Source of the DNA: a virus
Reading direction: 5' to 3' (one strand)
DNA: 64,000 nucleotides
Virus record (IMG/VR): IMGVR_UViG_3300036761_003779
Location: 32,001-96,000 of that record
The stretch's first letter is position 1. Each line of letters opens with the position of its first letter. The notes beneath the pieces were generated by a model that saw nothing but the letters and a program-made list of their open reading frames with translations, made no database searches and was not told the DNA's origin. Positions 34,270 to 43,881 of the stretch are shown here, one piece after another. The translations under genes were made by a program, and so were the position numbers.

Positions 34270-36942
34270 CTAGTACGCTCCTCCGAAGGCGAAGCCGCGC
34301 TGGAGCAGGGACGTCCGCTCCCCGGGCTTCAGGGTGACCCCGCTCCGCTCCATCTGGTCGAGCTGGACCTCCGCCACCGCCAGGGCAATCTTCTTCCCGT
34401 CGATGCTCACCGGGACCTCGATCCGGACCGTCCCGCCCCCGCCGCCCCCGCCCGCCGGCGGGGAGGTCCGCCCGGGGTCCCCACCGCCCAGCGCGCCGGC
34501 GCCCACCTGCCCGGCCATCCCGCCGCCCATCCCGGAGGTGACCGCCGCCGCCAGGACCGCCCGGTTCAGGACGACGTCCCCCGCGGAGACCCCGAGGATG
34601 CCGCCGGACGTGACCATCGCGTCCCCCGCCTTCTTCGGGGCCACCGGCGTGACGCCCGCCGGCGCGGCCGCCCCCGGGATCCGGTTGAGCGTCGCGTCGA
34701 GCCGGGTCAGGATGGAGGTCATCTGCTGGGCGTTGATGGTCCCCTGCGCCATCTGCTGCGTGAGGAAGGCGGTCACCCGCCCCGTGGCAAACTCCTTGGT
34801 CAGCTCCGTCCGCCCGCCGCCCTCCGTCCCGACCGTCTTCATCCCCTGCCCGGCGAAGCCGGCCAGGGTCTCCGCCATCTGCGCGGCGTTCTTCTCCGTC
34901 ACGGACACGCCGAAGTTGGCCACGCGGAGCTTCGACGCCTGGATCTCCGCCTGGTTGAAGAGGTTGTAGAGCCCGGTGGAGAGCTTGTCGCTGATGCCGA
35001 ACTTCTTGTCCAACCAGCTCCCGAGGGCGTAGCCCGCCGTGCCCGCCGCGCCGACCGCGGCGCCGAAGATGCCTAGCTTGGCCGCCAGCGGCATCGCGCT
35101 CCCAGCGATCGAGCCGAGGGAGGAGGAGAGCGTCGAGCCGATGAGCGGGATCTTCGAGATGACCCCGTTCAGGGTCGCCCGCCAGCCCGCCGCCTGCTCC
35201 CCGAGCCCGGTCCCGCCCGCGCCCGGCCCGGTCCCGAACCCCGGCTTGAGGCCCGCCCCGCCCATCTCGCCGAAGTTGACCACCCGGACGGGCTGCGCGG
35301 TCAGGGTCTCCGCGAACTTCCCCACCTTCCCGAGGAGGCCGCCGGCGCCGCCGGCCAGCTTCCCGAGCCAGGGGACCTTCGAGGCCAGCGCCCCGAAGAG
35401 CCCGCCCACCGCCTTCGAGGCCAGGGAGAAGGCGCCCACCATGGCCTTCCCGGCGCCCCACGCCATCTGGACCATCCCGCCCAGGAGCTTCGTGACGCCG
35501 AAGAGGACCGCGGAGACCGGGCCAATCGCCACCAGGAGGAGGCCGAACTTCGTGGCCAGGCGCGCCGTCCCCTCCGCGCCCTCCTTCCCGGTGAAGCCGA
35601 GCCACCGCCCCACTCCCCCGAGGGAGGAGAGGACGGAGGCGATCGTGGCCTTGGCGGACTCGAAGCCCGCCCGGATCCCGCGCGCCACCTCGAGGAAGAC
35701 CGGCGGGAGGGTCTTGAGCTGCTTCAGCGCCTCCGGGTCCGTGATCTTCTCCCCGCGGACCACGCGGAGCGCCAGCGCCAGGTTCGAGAGGGCGTCCGCC
35801 GCCTTGCTCATCCCGCCCTTGGTGAAGCCGGAGAGCATCCCGAACATCTCGATGGAGACCCCCTCCATCGCGGAGGTGACCAGCTCGAGCTGCCCGGTGA
35901 AGGACTGGAGGCGCAGGTCCGCCATCTTCTTCGCGGACTGCCCGGTCTCCACCGCCAGCTCCGCCTGCGTCTTCCGGAAGCGGGCCATGTCCTCCCCGGT
36001 GAGGTTGAAGGCGGAGCCGAGGGACTTGGCCTGGATGCCGAAGATCTTGGACGCGATGGACGCCCGCTTCACCGGGTCCGGGATCTTCCGGAGCTTATCC
36101 GCCAGGTTCAGGAAGACGTCCGGGAGCGCCCGCATCCCGCCCTTCTCGTCCTTGAAGATCGACTGGGAGGTTATCCCCAGCTGGGCCATGGCGGCCCGGG
36201 ACTGCTTCGTCGGGTTGACCAGCTTCTGGAGGGACATCCGGAGCGCGGTCCCGGAGAGGGTCCCCTTGATGCCGATGTCGTGGAGGGCGCCCAGCGCGCC
36301 GACGGTAGCCTTGAAGTCGTAGCCCAGCTCCCGGGCGGCCGGCGCGGCGAACTTCAGACCCTCCTGGAGGGAGACCATCGAGGCGTTGGTCCGGGCGGAC
36401 GCCAGGGCCAGTGTCCCCGCGATCATCGTCGCGTCCTTCCCGGCAAGGGCGAAGGCGCGGGTGTTCGCGGCCACCATCTCCGCCGCGGTCGAGAGGGAGA
36501 TCCCCTCCGCGGCCGCCGCGTTGAGGACGCCCGGGACCGCGGACATGATGTCCTTCACGGAGAAGCCCGCGCGGGACAGCTCCGTCATGGCGTCCGCCGC
36601 CTCCGACGCCGTGTACTTCGTCTGCGCGCCGAGGGTCTTGGCCAGGCCGGAGAGCGCCACCTCGTCCGTCTTGGACATGTCGAGGGCGACCGCCTTCAGG
36701 TTGGCCATCGACTGCTCGAACATGACCCCGGACTTCATCATGTAGGCAAAGGCGCCGCCCACCGGGACGGAGACCATGGCGATGTTCCCGAGCCCGCGGG
36801 ACATCGTCCCCATGCCGTCCGAGATGCCCTTGAAGGAGGACTTGAGCGCGGCCGCGGTTCGCCCCACCTTGCCCATGGCGGCGGAGGCGCCCTTGTCGAC
36901 GAACTCCAGGATGGCCGCAAGGCCGAACTGCCGGATAGCCAC
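34270..36942 (-). CDS. Tail tape measure protein (TP901 family)
   Basis: FEQSMANLKAV...TKYTASEAADAMTELSRAGF...GIKGTLSGTALR; hydrophobic central part. Confidence 0.92.
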   Translation of the reverse strand: MAIRQFGLAAILEFVDKGASAAMGKVGRTAAALKSSFKGISDGMGTMSRGLGNIAMVSVPVGGAFAYMMKSGVMFEQSMANLKAVALDMSKTDEVALSGLAKTLGAQTKYTASEAADAMTELSRAGFSVKDIMSAVPGVLNAAAAEGISLSTAAEMVAANTRAFALAGKDATMIAGTLALASARTNASMVSLQEGLKFAAPAARELGYDFKATVGALGALHDIGIKGTLSGTALRMSLQKLVNPTKQSRAAMAQLGITSQSIFKDEKGGMRALPDVFLNLADKLRKIPDPVKRASIASKIFGIQAKSLGSAFNLTGEDMARFRKTQAELAVETGQSAKKMADLRLQSFTGQLELVTSAMEGVSIEMFGMLSGFTKGGMSKAADALSNLALALRVVRGEKITDPEALKQLKTLPPVFLEVARGIRAGFESAKATIASVLSSLGGVGRWLGFTGKEGAEGTARLATKFGLLLVAIGPVSAVLFGVTKLLGGMVQMAWGAGKAMVGAFSLASKAVGGLFGALASKVPWLGKLAGGAGGLLGKVGKFAETLTAQPVRVVNFGEMGGAGLKPGFGTGPGAGGTGLGEQAAGWRATLNGVISKIPLIGSTLSSSLGSIAGSAMPLAAKLGIFGAAVGAAGTAGYALGSWLDKKFGISDKLSTGLYNLFNQAEIQASKLRVANFGVSVTEKNAAQMAETLAGFAGQGMKTVGTEGGGRTELTKEFATGRVTAFLTQQMAQGTINAQQMTSILTRLDATLNRIPGAAAPAGVTPVAPKKAGDAMVTSGGILGVSAGDVVLNRAVLAAAVTSGMGGGMAGQVGAGALGGGDPGRTSPPAGGGGGGGTVRIEVPVSIDGKKIALAVAEVQLDQMERSGVTLKPGERTSLLQRGFAFGGAY

Positions 36943-36954
36943 GCGCGTCCTCCT

Positions 36955-37158
36955 CTAGCGCCGGCGCGGTATCTTAGGCCCCGCCTCCGGCGCGGTCCCC
37001 GGCAGCTTCGGCCGCTTCTTCCGGGCGCGGTCTATCCGGGCGAGGACCCAGGCCCGCTTCTCCGGGGTCATCTCCCGGACGTCCGCCGCCCGGTAGGCGC
37101 CCTCGCTCCCGAGGACGATGGCAAACTCCTCCTCCCAGAGCCGCTCCCGCGGTGTCAC
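36955..37158 (-). CDS. Tail assembly chaperone, second (T) ORF, DUF6760-like; probably reached by -1 frameshift
   Basis: LWEEEFAI...ADVREMTPEKRAWVLARI; in the -1 frame of the upstream chaperone. Confidence 0.6.
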   Translation of the reverse strand: MTPRERLWEEEFAIVLGSEGAYRAADVREMTPEKRAWVLARIDRARKKRPKLPGTAPEAGPKIPRRR

Positions 37159-38078
37159 TGGGAGGAAGGCGCGAAAAAATCGTCATACGACCAGTTGATG
37201 CCCTGGCGGAACTCCCGCCGGCAGCTCGGGCATTGGTCCCGGATCTCCATCACCAGCCCGCCGCCGCACTGGTCGATCTCCCGGACCAGCCGGTTGATCT
37301 CCCGCGGCGCCATGGTCCGGAGGTGCTCCGCGGTCAGGAAGACCGGCCCCTCTGGCGCGCCCTTCAGCCCGATCACGCCCTGCTGGATCGTCACCAGCTT
37401 GAACTTGGCCGGGTTCGTCAGGAGCGTCGGGTCCTCCGTCTCCATGAAGGCCCAGCGGACCGGCCCCACCTTGAACTCCGTGAGCCGCTTCCCCGCGTAC
37501 GTGACGCCCGTCTCGAGCTTGACCTCCCTCGACGGGACCTCGTCGAAGACCTTGACCTCCAGGGTCCGGAGGTCCCCGGTGTAGCCCCGGACGGGCTTCC
37601 GGCAGGCGGAGCAGGTGAACTCCTTCAGGGAGAGCCCCGGGCCCAGCGCGCCGATCCGGATCCAGACGTAGACCGCGAGGGCGTCCGAGAAGTAGAGGGA
37701 GCGGACCAGGAGGCGCCGCTCGCTCCGCTTCATCTTCGTCACGTCGATGCTCCCGACCCGGGAGAGCCCGTGCCCGATGACCTCCGAGACGTAGACGTTG
37801 AGGGACATCTGCTGGTTCTCGGAGGCCAGCTCCCCGAGGCGCTCCTCCAGCTCGTAGGTCCAGTCGGTCAGCTCGAAGTCCAGGTGCTTCTGACCGGTCT
37901 GGTCCGTGTACCCGAGCGGGAGCCGCTTCCCGACCGCGGTCAGCGTGGGGAGCCTCTCCTCCGCCGCCCCCGCCTCCCCGTCCAGGGCGGCAAGGTCCGC
38001 CGGGACGTCCCCGAGGCGCGCGTCCCCATTGCCGGGCGCCCGGTCCTTCTTCTCTGTCTGTTCTTGGGTAGAACTCAT
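37155..38078 (-). CDS. Tail assembly chaperone with two CxxC motifs
   Basis: Lies between tube and tape measure; CSAC and CPSC; ends YDDFFAPSSQ. Confidence 0.7.
   Translation of the reverse strand: MSSTQEQTEKKDRAPGNGDARLGDVPADLAALDGEAGAAEERLPTLTAVGKRLPLGYTDQTGQKHLDFELTDWTYELEERLGELASENQQMSLNVYVSEVIGHGLSRVGSIDVTKMKRSERRLLVRSLYFSDALAVYVWIRIGALGPGLSLKEFTCSACRKPVRGYTGDLRTLEVKVFDEVPSREVKLETGVTYAGKRLTEFKVGPVRWAFMETEDPTLLTNPAKFKLVTIQQGVIGLKGAPEGPVFLTAEHLRTMAPREINRLVREIDQCGGGLVMEIRDQCPSCRREFRQGINWSYDDFFAPSSQ
37173..37179 (-). other. Candidate -1 programmed frameshift slippery site T TTT TTC
   Basis: In-frame X XXY YYZ heptamer; the -1 frame is open into the next ORF. Confidence 0.7.
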
Positions 38079-38194
38079 CTAGCCGCCTCCAAGTGGGCCC
38101 GCTCGCGCGAGCCGTTGTGAGGTCCGTCAGGATCTCGGGGCGCCCCAGTTTGCCGCCGCGCGGTCTGTTGGCGCCCGGTTCCCCGCCCGCCCGG

Positions 38195-38635
38195 TTAAAC
38201 CGGGATCAGGCGGTCGCACTTGAACGTCCACTCGGTGACGTTCAGCTCCCCCTCGTTGTTCATCTCCAGGTCCGCGGTCTTTCGCTTCGACGGGAACAGC
38301 CCGATGAGGTTGTAGGTCCGCGTCTGGAGCCGGGAGATGCTCTGGATGAGGAGCGTGGCCGCCTTCTTGTAGACCGGGAGCACGGGGTCCTGGGACATCA
38401 GGAACCACGACTCGAGGAAGGCGTCCTCCACCGTGTGATGTTTCGGGTGCTGGGCCGTGAACTCCATGGACTTTGTGTTCCCCCCGGACGCGACCGTGCG
38501 GTCCGGCAGGTCCACCGTCTCCAGCTCCTCCTCCAGCCCGTCGATGCTGGTGAAGGTGATGATGGGCGGCCCACCCACCACGATCATCTGGTAGTTGTTG
38601 ACCGGGATGTGGTCCGGCAGGATGATTCCCTTCAT
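38195..38635 (-). CDS. Tail tube protein (T4 gp19/CIS-like)
   Basis: FTSIDGLEEE...RTYNLIGLFPSK...DLE...EWTFKCD. Confidence 0.85.
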   Translation of the reverse strand: MKGIILPDHIPVNNYQMIVVGGPPIITFTSIDGLEEELETVDLPDRTVASGGNTKSMEFTAQHPKHHTVEDAFLESWFLMSQDPVLPVYKKAATLLIQSISRLQTRTYNLIGLFPSKRKTADLEMNNEGELNVTEWTFKCDRLIPV

Positions 38636-38710
38636 CGTCTCTCCTCCTTCGGGCGGACGCGCCGCGCGGCCTCGCGCTAGGTCCCCTTGACGGTCTTCAG
38701 CGCGGCCGGG

Positions 38711-39019
38711 TTACTCCTCCGCGACGAAGCGGTAGGTGTCCCCGGCGTTATTGATCGCCGCGTCCGTCCCCAGTCCGAAGCCCTCCGTCTTCAGGGTGAC
38801 GCCCTGCGTGGTCACGAGGGTCCGCGCGCCGGCCGCCGCCGTCTTGAGGAAGGAGGCGTCCGCCATCCCCTCGACGTGCTCCGCCTTGTCGATGGAGGTG
38901 GTCATCCGGTAGATGCTGACGCGCTTGGGCTTGAAGCCCACCTTGTCCCCGATCATGTCCAGCGCCGCGCCGGTTCCGGTGTACACGCCGGCAACTGCTC
39001 TTGCGATTCCGCTTCCCAT
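38711..39019 (-). CDS. Small beta-rich structural protein
   Basis: YTGTG...VGFKPKRV...GFGLG...NNAGDTYRFVA; GGAGG before ATG 39019. Confidence 0.55.
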   Translation of the reverse strand: MGSGIARAVAGVYTGTGAALDMIGDKVGFKPKRVSIYRMTTSIDKAEHVEGMADASFLKTAAAGARTLVTTQGVTLKTEGFGLGTDAAINNAGDTYRFVAEE

Positions 39020-39091
39020 GTTCATCCTCCGTGAAGGGGTTGTCCGTTTCTGCCCGTCCGCGCGGGAGACCACCCCCCGCGCGCCCGTGGT

Positions 39092-41437
39092 CTAATCGAC
39101 CGCGTCGAAGATGCCGGCCTTGCCGACCACGATCTTGAACCGCTCCACCGTGTCCGCGAGCTTCAGGATTAGCTCCGCGTTCAGGTCCCCGGCGGAGAGG
39201 GTCAGGTCCGTGTTGTTCTCCTCGTCGATCTTCAGCTTCATGGCCTCGTCGAAAGTCTTGCCCCGGAGGGCGCCCTTCGTCCACTCCGGGAGGAAGAAGG
39301 CCCGGAGGGTCGTCGCCACTCGATGCCACGCCGTCGGGTTGTTGATGGCGAAGATGATCCAGTCGAAGTTCTCCCGGATGAGGTTCTCATAGTGGCTCAT
39401 CTGAGACCGCTGATGGTACCACTTCCACTCGCTCGTCGGAGAGAGCGTCCGGTCCCCCCAGAGGATGCAGGTCCCCTGGCGGAACTTGACCACGTTCAGC
39501 CCCTGCGGGTTGAGGATCTCCTCGTTCAGCGCCTCCTGGGTCTCCGGGTTCCCGGTCGGCAGCTCCAGGACGTCCGGGAGCGTCACCTCGATGCCCGCCG
39601 GTGCCTTGTGATAGCCGTCGTACTGACGCGCCGTCAGCGCCTCCCGGCCGAGGATCATTCCGATGAGGGTCTGCTCCTTCATCGGGATGTCCGAGGCCCC
39701 GGGCGTCGCGTCCGGGTCCAGGACGGAGCCGAAGGACGGGAAGTGCGTCGAGGCGTAGTCGGACCGCCCGATCGTGTTGTTGATGTAGTCCACCACGTCC
39801 GCCTCCGCCGTGTAGGCGGCCGGGATCTGGACCTTGAAGGTCCAGTTCATCGCGGCGGCGAACTCGATGCCCGCCTTCTGGAGGACCGTCGAGGTCAGCC
39901 CCGGGATGGCCAGCTTAACCAGCCCCTTGTTCTTTCCGAAGATCCGGCGGAGCGTGGAGAGGTTCGGGTCGAAGGCCGGGAGGAAGTCCGCGTCCGTGAC
40001 CGCGGAGCCGTTGTTCCCACCCTCGAACTCCTGCCGGTACGCGAGCATGAAGACCGCGCCCGCGGTGATGACCCCGTCGTCCGTCAGGTCCATCCCGGTC
40101 CGGACGGAGACGGTGGAGCGGGTGTTCGACTCGATGTAGAAGGAGAAGTTGGGCTGGTTGACGATGTCCGGCCAGATCGTCCCGCCCTTCAGCTCGTTCG
40201 GGACCCAGGCCATGATCTCGATGGTCACGGTGTCCCCGTCCGCCAGGACGGTCGCGCCGTTGGTCACGGTCACGGTCCCGATCTCGTCCCCGAGGTTGGT
40301 GGCCACCCCGCTGAAGGCCGCCTGGAGCTTCGTCAGCCCGAGGGAGGAGACCCACTCGATGTCCGCCCCGGCGTTATCGACCGTCCCCACCAGGGTCTGC
40401 TGGCGCACCAGCGTCCCGCGGGTGAACGCCGTCGTCGGGTTGGCGGAGGTCGGGGAGTCAACGGTCACGTCCGGGTCCGCGATCCCGATGGTCGTGGCCG
40501 TGATGGTCTTGTTCTGCCCGTAGAAGTTGGCCGGGCGGACCCCCGCCACGGTCTTGTCCCCGGAGTAGAGGTCCTCCGCGACGATTTCCCGGTTGGACGG
40601 GTCGTCGTTGATGACCCGGACCCAGTAGTTGGGCTTGGTCGGGTCCGCGGAGAGGTTGTTGTAACCCTTCCCGACCAGGCCGCCGTCCACGTAGATCTTC
40701 AGGGAAAACTCCGCCGTCGGCTTCTCGTCCCCGTTCCCGATGACGACCGCGAGGTGGTTGTCGTTCCCGAGCCAGTCCACGTTCTCCCGGGTGAGGGCGT
40801 AGCGGTTCGCGGGCGTCCCGGCACCGGCCGCCCAGTCGGTGGCCAGGTCCTGGTCCGCCTCGACGGAGACGACCCCCGCCGCGGTGTTCCCCACGATCCG
40901 GTACGTCTTGGTCGTGACCTTCTTGAGCTGGAGGACCCCGCCCGCCCACTCATTCTCGATCATCGGGTCCCCGGTGTCGAGCGTGGTCGCGGTGAGGTCC
41001 CCGGCCCCCGTGATCTCGTCGAGGTACGTCCGCCGCTGGCCGCCCCAGATCCCGCCGTTCTTGGCGTACAGCTTGCCCAGGACCTTCCGGCCGGAGGCCG
41101 GCGCCGCCGCCGTCCCCTGCCGGGTGTAGAGCGTGATCTCCGCCTGAACCTCGTCCCCGCCGGTCACGCGGTAGGTGATCACCTCGCCGGCGCCGCGGCC
41201 CAGCTTGAAGAAGTCGAGGACCGCCGTGGGCGCCTCCGACTCCAGGATCCGGCCGCCGTTCCGGCGCTTGAAGTCCAGGACGCCGGAGAGGAAGGCCGGG
41301 ACCCCTGGCTCCCCGCGCTCGAACTCCCCGATCATGACCGTGACCCCGTAGGGAGCCGCGATGATCTGCTGGTCCCCCTCCTTCTCCTCCACCTGGACGC
41401 CCGCGCCAAGGACTGGGCCGAATCTTTTGACCGCCAT
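39092..41437 (-). CDS. Contractile tail sheath protein
   Basis: GVQVEE...GEFERG; HKAPAG; LNPQGLNVVKF...ILWGDRTL; WIIFAIN...W..GAL.G. Confidence 0.92.
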   Translation of the reverse strand: MAVKRFGPVLGAGVQVEEKEGDQQIIAAPYGVTVMIGEFERGEPGVPAFLSGVLDFKRRNGGRILESEAPTAVLDFFKLGRGAGEVITYRVTGGDEVQAEITLYTRQGTAAAPASGRKVLGKLYAKNGGIWGGQRRTYLDEITGAGDLTATTLDTGDPMIENEWAGGVLQLKKVTTKTYRIVGNTAAGVVSVEADQDLATDWAAGAGTPANRYALTRENVDWLGNDNHLAVVIGNGDEKPTAEFSLKIYVDGGLVGKGYNNLSADPTKPNYWVRVINDDPSNREIVAEDLYSGDKTVAGVRPANFYGQNKTITATTIGIADPDVTVDSPTSANPTTAFTRGTLVRQQTLVGTVDNAGADIEWVSSLGLTKLQAAFSGVATNLGDEIGTVTVTNGATVLADGDTVTIEIMAWVPNELKGGTIWPDIVNQPNFSFYIESNTRSTVSVRTGMDLTDDGVITAGAVFMLAYRQEFEGGNNGSAVTDADFLPAFDPNLSTLRRIFGKNKGLVKLAIPGLTSTVLQKAGIEFAAAMNWTFKVQIPAAYTAEADVVDYINNTIGRSDYASTHFPSFGSVLDPDATPGASDIPMKEQTLIGMILGREALTARQYDGYHKAPAGIEVTLPDVLELPTGNPETQEALNEEILNPQGLNVVKFRQGTCILWGDRTLSPTSEWKWYHQRSQMSHYENLIRENFDWIIFAINNPTAWHRVATTLRAFFLPEWTKGALRGKTFDEAMKLKIDEENNTDLTLSAGDLNAELILKLADTVERFKIVVGKAGIFDAVD

Positions 41438-41449
41438 GGGTTCCTCCGT

Positions 41450-42796
41450 CTATGTTTCGAATGTCTCTGGCGATGAGGTTGGGACCGGCGCCCCACGCAG
41501 GAGCGCGTCCACCTCCACCTCATCGTCGATGGCCGCCCAGGAGAGCCTGACGCGCTGCACGCCGTGCGCGTCCCGCGCCGCCCGGAGCTGCTGAGTGAGG
41601 TCCTCCAGGCGGAACTCCGCCCGAAAGGCACGGACGTCCGCGTCGTCTAGCGCCGGCGCCTGCGCGTTGAACTGGTCCATCAGGTGGATGCGGAAGCGCC
41701 GGTCCGTGCCCCTCGACCGGAGGAACGGACCGGCCTCCGCGCTCGGCCCGACCGCAAGGAGCTTGGTGAGCGCCTCGAGGAGGCGCGCCTGCTCTCTGCT
41801 GCGGTTGGTCCGAACTTCCATCTCGATCCTGAAGGTCGATCTGAAGGGCGCCGGGATCTCCACCCCGTTGCCCGTGTCCTTGCGCACGATACCGCGCTCG
41901 GCGCTCATCGGGTAGAAGGATGAGAGGACCGTCTCCGCGTCCCGGAGTACGACCTGCGGGAGCTTCCCCAGCTCCTCCCAGTCCTGGTTCGTGTCCCAGG
42001 CCACCTGCGCCCGCGCCCGCATCCGGAGGAACGGGACCCCGGCCGCCGGTATCCCCGCACCGGAGAGGGTCAGGACCTTCGTCCCCGGGTTGTAGGAGGC
42101 GAGGAGGTCCGTCAGGTGCTCCGGGTCCGCGGCGTGGTCGTAGACCGCCTCCGCGCCCGTCAGGGTCAGGTCCGCCTCGTCCCGGTACTCCGTCAGGTCG
42201 ATGGAGGTCGCGTCCGCCGGGAGCGGCGGGAGGGCCATCTCGACCGGGAAGACCGCCTCCTCCTGGACCGTGGCCGTCAAGGAGTCGAGGAGGAGGTCGT
42301 TCAGCCAGTCCACCTCCCCCTCCCAGAGGACTGCCACGTGGGAGACCACCGGGGTCACCTTCGCGTCCGTCGTCAGGAGGTTGAAGGTCACGGCAAAGGC
42401 CCGGTTCGCGGTCACCGGGAGGGTCGGGAGGTGGGCGGAGACCTCCGCCTCCGTGTTCCAGTCCCCCGGCCCGGCGATCGCCCAGCCCGCGCCGTCCCAG
42501 AACTTGTCCGCCGTCCCGTCCCAGATCCGGAGCCCCACGGAGGTCCCCTCCGGGGTCTCCGCGGTCACGTGTAACATGAGGAGCCGCCGGACCGCGCCCG
42601 GCCGCGCGGTGGGCGTCCGGACGTACAGGTCCGCGTCGAGCGGATAAAGGAAGGTCGACTGTAGCTTCAGCTTGGCGCAGAAGTCCGCCGGGTCGAGCCG
42701 GATCTTCGCGGCGTCCGAGATGACGGAGGCCGCCCGGGCGTCGAAGCCCTGGTTGGGCTCCCAGTAGAGGTCCGTGAGGATGCGGCTGAGGCTCAT
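41450..42796 (-). CDS. Putative tail terminator / neck protein with an extra N-terminal domain
   Basis: Position immediately upstream of the sheath gene; LPQVVL...IEMEVRT core. Confidence 0.5.
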   Translation of the reverse strand: MSLSRILTDLYWEPNQGFDARAASVISDAAKIRLDPADFCAKLKLQSTFLYPLDADLYVRTPTARPGAVRRLLMLHVTAETPEGTSVGLRIWDGTADKFWDGAGWAIAGPGDWNTEAEVSAHLPTLPVTANRAFAVTFNLLTTDAKVTPVVSHVAVLWEGEVDWLNDLLLDSLTATVQEEAVFPVEMALPPLPADATSIDLTEYRDEADLTLTGAEAVYDHAADPEHLTDLLASYNPGTKVLTLSGAGIPAAGVPFLRMRARAQVAWDTNQDWEELGKLPQVVLRDAETVLSSFYPMSAERGIVRKDTGNGVEIPAPFRSTFRIEMEVRTNRSREQARLLEALTKLLAVGPSAEAGPFLRSRGTDRRFRIHLMDQFNAQAPALDDADVRAFRAEFRLEDLTQQLRAARDAHGVQRVRLSWAAIDDEVEVDALLRGAPVPTSSPETFET

Positions 42797-43428
42797 AGCT
42801 TCTTGAGGGTAACGCGGACCCCTTCGCCCAGGGCCACCTTAATGCGCTCCTCCGCCTCCAGGAAGGGCTCAAGGATGAAGGGGCGGCCGCGGACCACCCA
42901 GGTGCGCGCGCCGGCCCCCCGCAGGCCGGAGGCGTCGATCTTGACCCCCTCCGCCTTCCCGAAGCGCCCACCCTTCCCCCGCCGCTGCTTCCCCCGCCCG
43001 GCCCGCTTCCGCATCTCCGCGAAGATGGCCGCGCGGACCTTCTCCGTCACCTTGATGGTGAACCCGTTGTGGAGCGCCGCCGCCACGTTGACCAGCCCCT
43101 TCCCGCCCTTCCCCCGGGCGGACCGCTTGACGCCAACCGCGCCGGCGACCCCGTCCGCCGTGACCTCCGCCTCCGCGGAGATGCTCTGCCGGAGGTCCCC
43201 CCGGTCCACGAGCGGCCGACTGCTCCGCTTGACCATGACCGTGAGCGGGGAGTTCGGCACCCCGTGCTTCTCCGCGTCGATATACTCCACGACGTCCCGG
43301 CGGAGGAGGTGACACTGCTCCAGGACCTTCCGGCGCAGCTCCTCCTGGAAGGCCCGCTTGGCGCGCGCTGGGTTGAGGAAGTTGAGGAAGGAGTCCCAGG
43401 CCCCGGAGAGGGTGAGCTTGGCACCCAC
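42793..43428 (-). CDS. Tail completion / virion morphogenesis protein (Mu gpG/HK97 gp10-like)
   Basis: NSPLTV.VK.SSRPLVDRGDLRQSI...RPFI. Confidence 0.75.
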   Translation of the reverse strand: MGAKLTLSGAWDSFLNFLNPARAKRAFQEELRRKVLEQCHLLRRDVVEYIDAEKHGVPNSPLTVMVKRSSRPLVDRGDLRQSISAEAEVTADGVAGAVGVKRSARGKGGKGLVNVAAALHNGFTIKVTEKVRAAIFAEMRKRAGRGKQRRGKGGRFGKAEGVKIDASGLRGAGARTWVVRGRPFILEPFLEAEERIKVALGEGVRVTLKKL

Positions 43429-43431
43429 GGG

Positions 43432-43881
43432 TCAGGCCGCCAACCGGTCGTTGAACCGGACCTCCAGGAGGGTGCAGCCACCCTGGTCCGTGTAGCCGGC
43501 GACGTCCCGGAAGAAGAGGACGTACATGTCCACCGCTCGACGCCCGATCCGGACGATTCGGTCCCCGCGGGCAATCGCCACGGTGAGGGTCCCGTCCGGG
43601 TTCTCCGTGGCCACGCCCGCCGCCAGCAGGTCCACGACCCTGAAGAGCAGGTAGCCCTTCCAGTCCTCCTCCACGCCCCCGGCCGGGAAGGTGGGAAGGG
43701 CGATCTGCCCGTCATTCCAGTTGACCTGCGCCACGAGGGAGAGGGAGGCGCCCGTCCCCGGCCCGTCCTCGTTCCGCCAGACCTGCCGGACCGGCTCCCG
43801 GGCCACCGGGTCGAGGACCGTAACCGCCCGCTCCATGCGCCGGATCTCGACCGGGATCGGGTGTATCAAGTTAGGGATCAC
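43432..43881 (-). CDS. Head closure protein
   Basis: Position after the adaptor; RGDRIVRI beta motif; GTG overlaps the adaptor stop. Confidence 0.55.
   Translation of the reverse strand: MIPNLIHPIPVEIRRMERAVTVLDPVAREPVRQVWRNEDGPGTGASLSLVAQVNWNDGQIALPTFPAGGVEEDWKGYLLFRVVDLLAAGVATENPDGTLTVAIARGDRIVRIGRRAVDMYVLFFRDVAGYTDQGGCTLLEVRFNDRLAA

Noticed and set aside
31916-35605. 1479-aa track ORF
   Set aside because: Only the last 249 aa (spike) are protein-like; the rest is an alternative frame over the tape measure, initiator and hub genes.
28273-41437. Stand-alone eCIS or tailocin
   Set aside because: Terminase, portal, capsid and replication genes are linked, so this is a phage.
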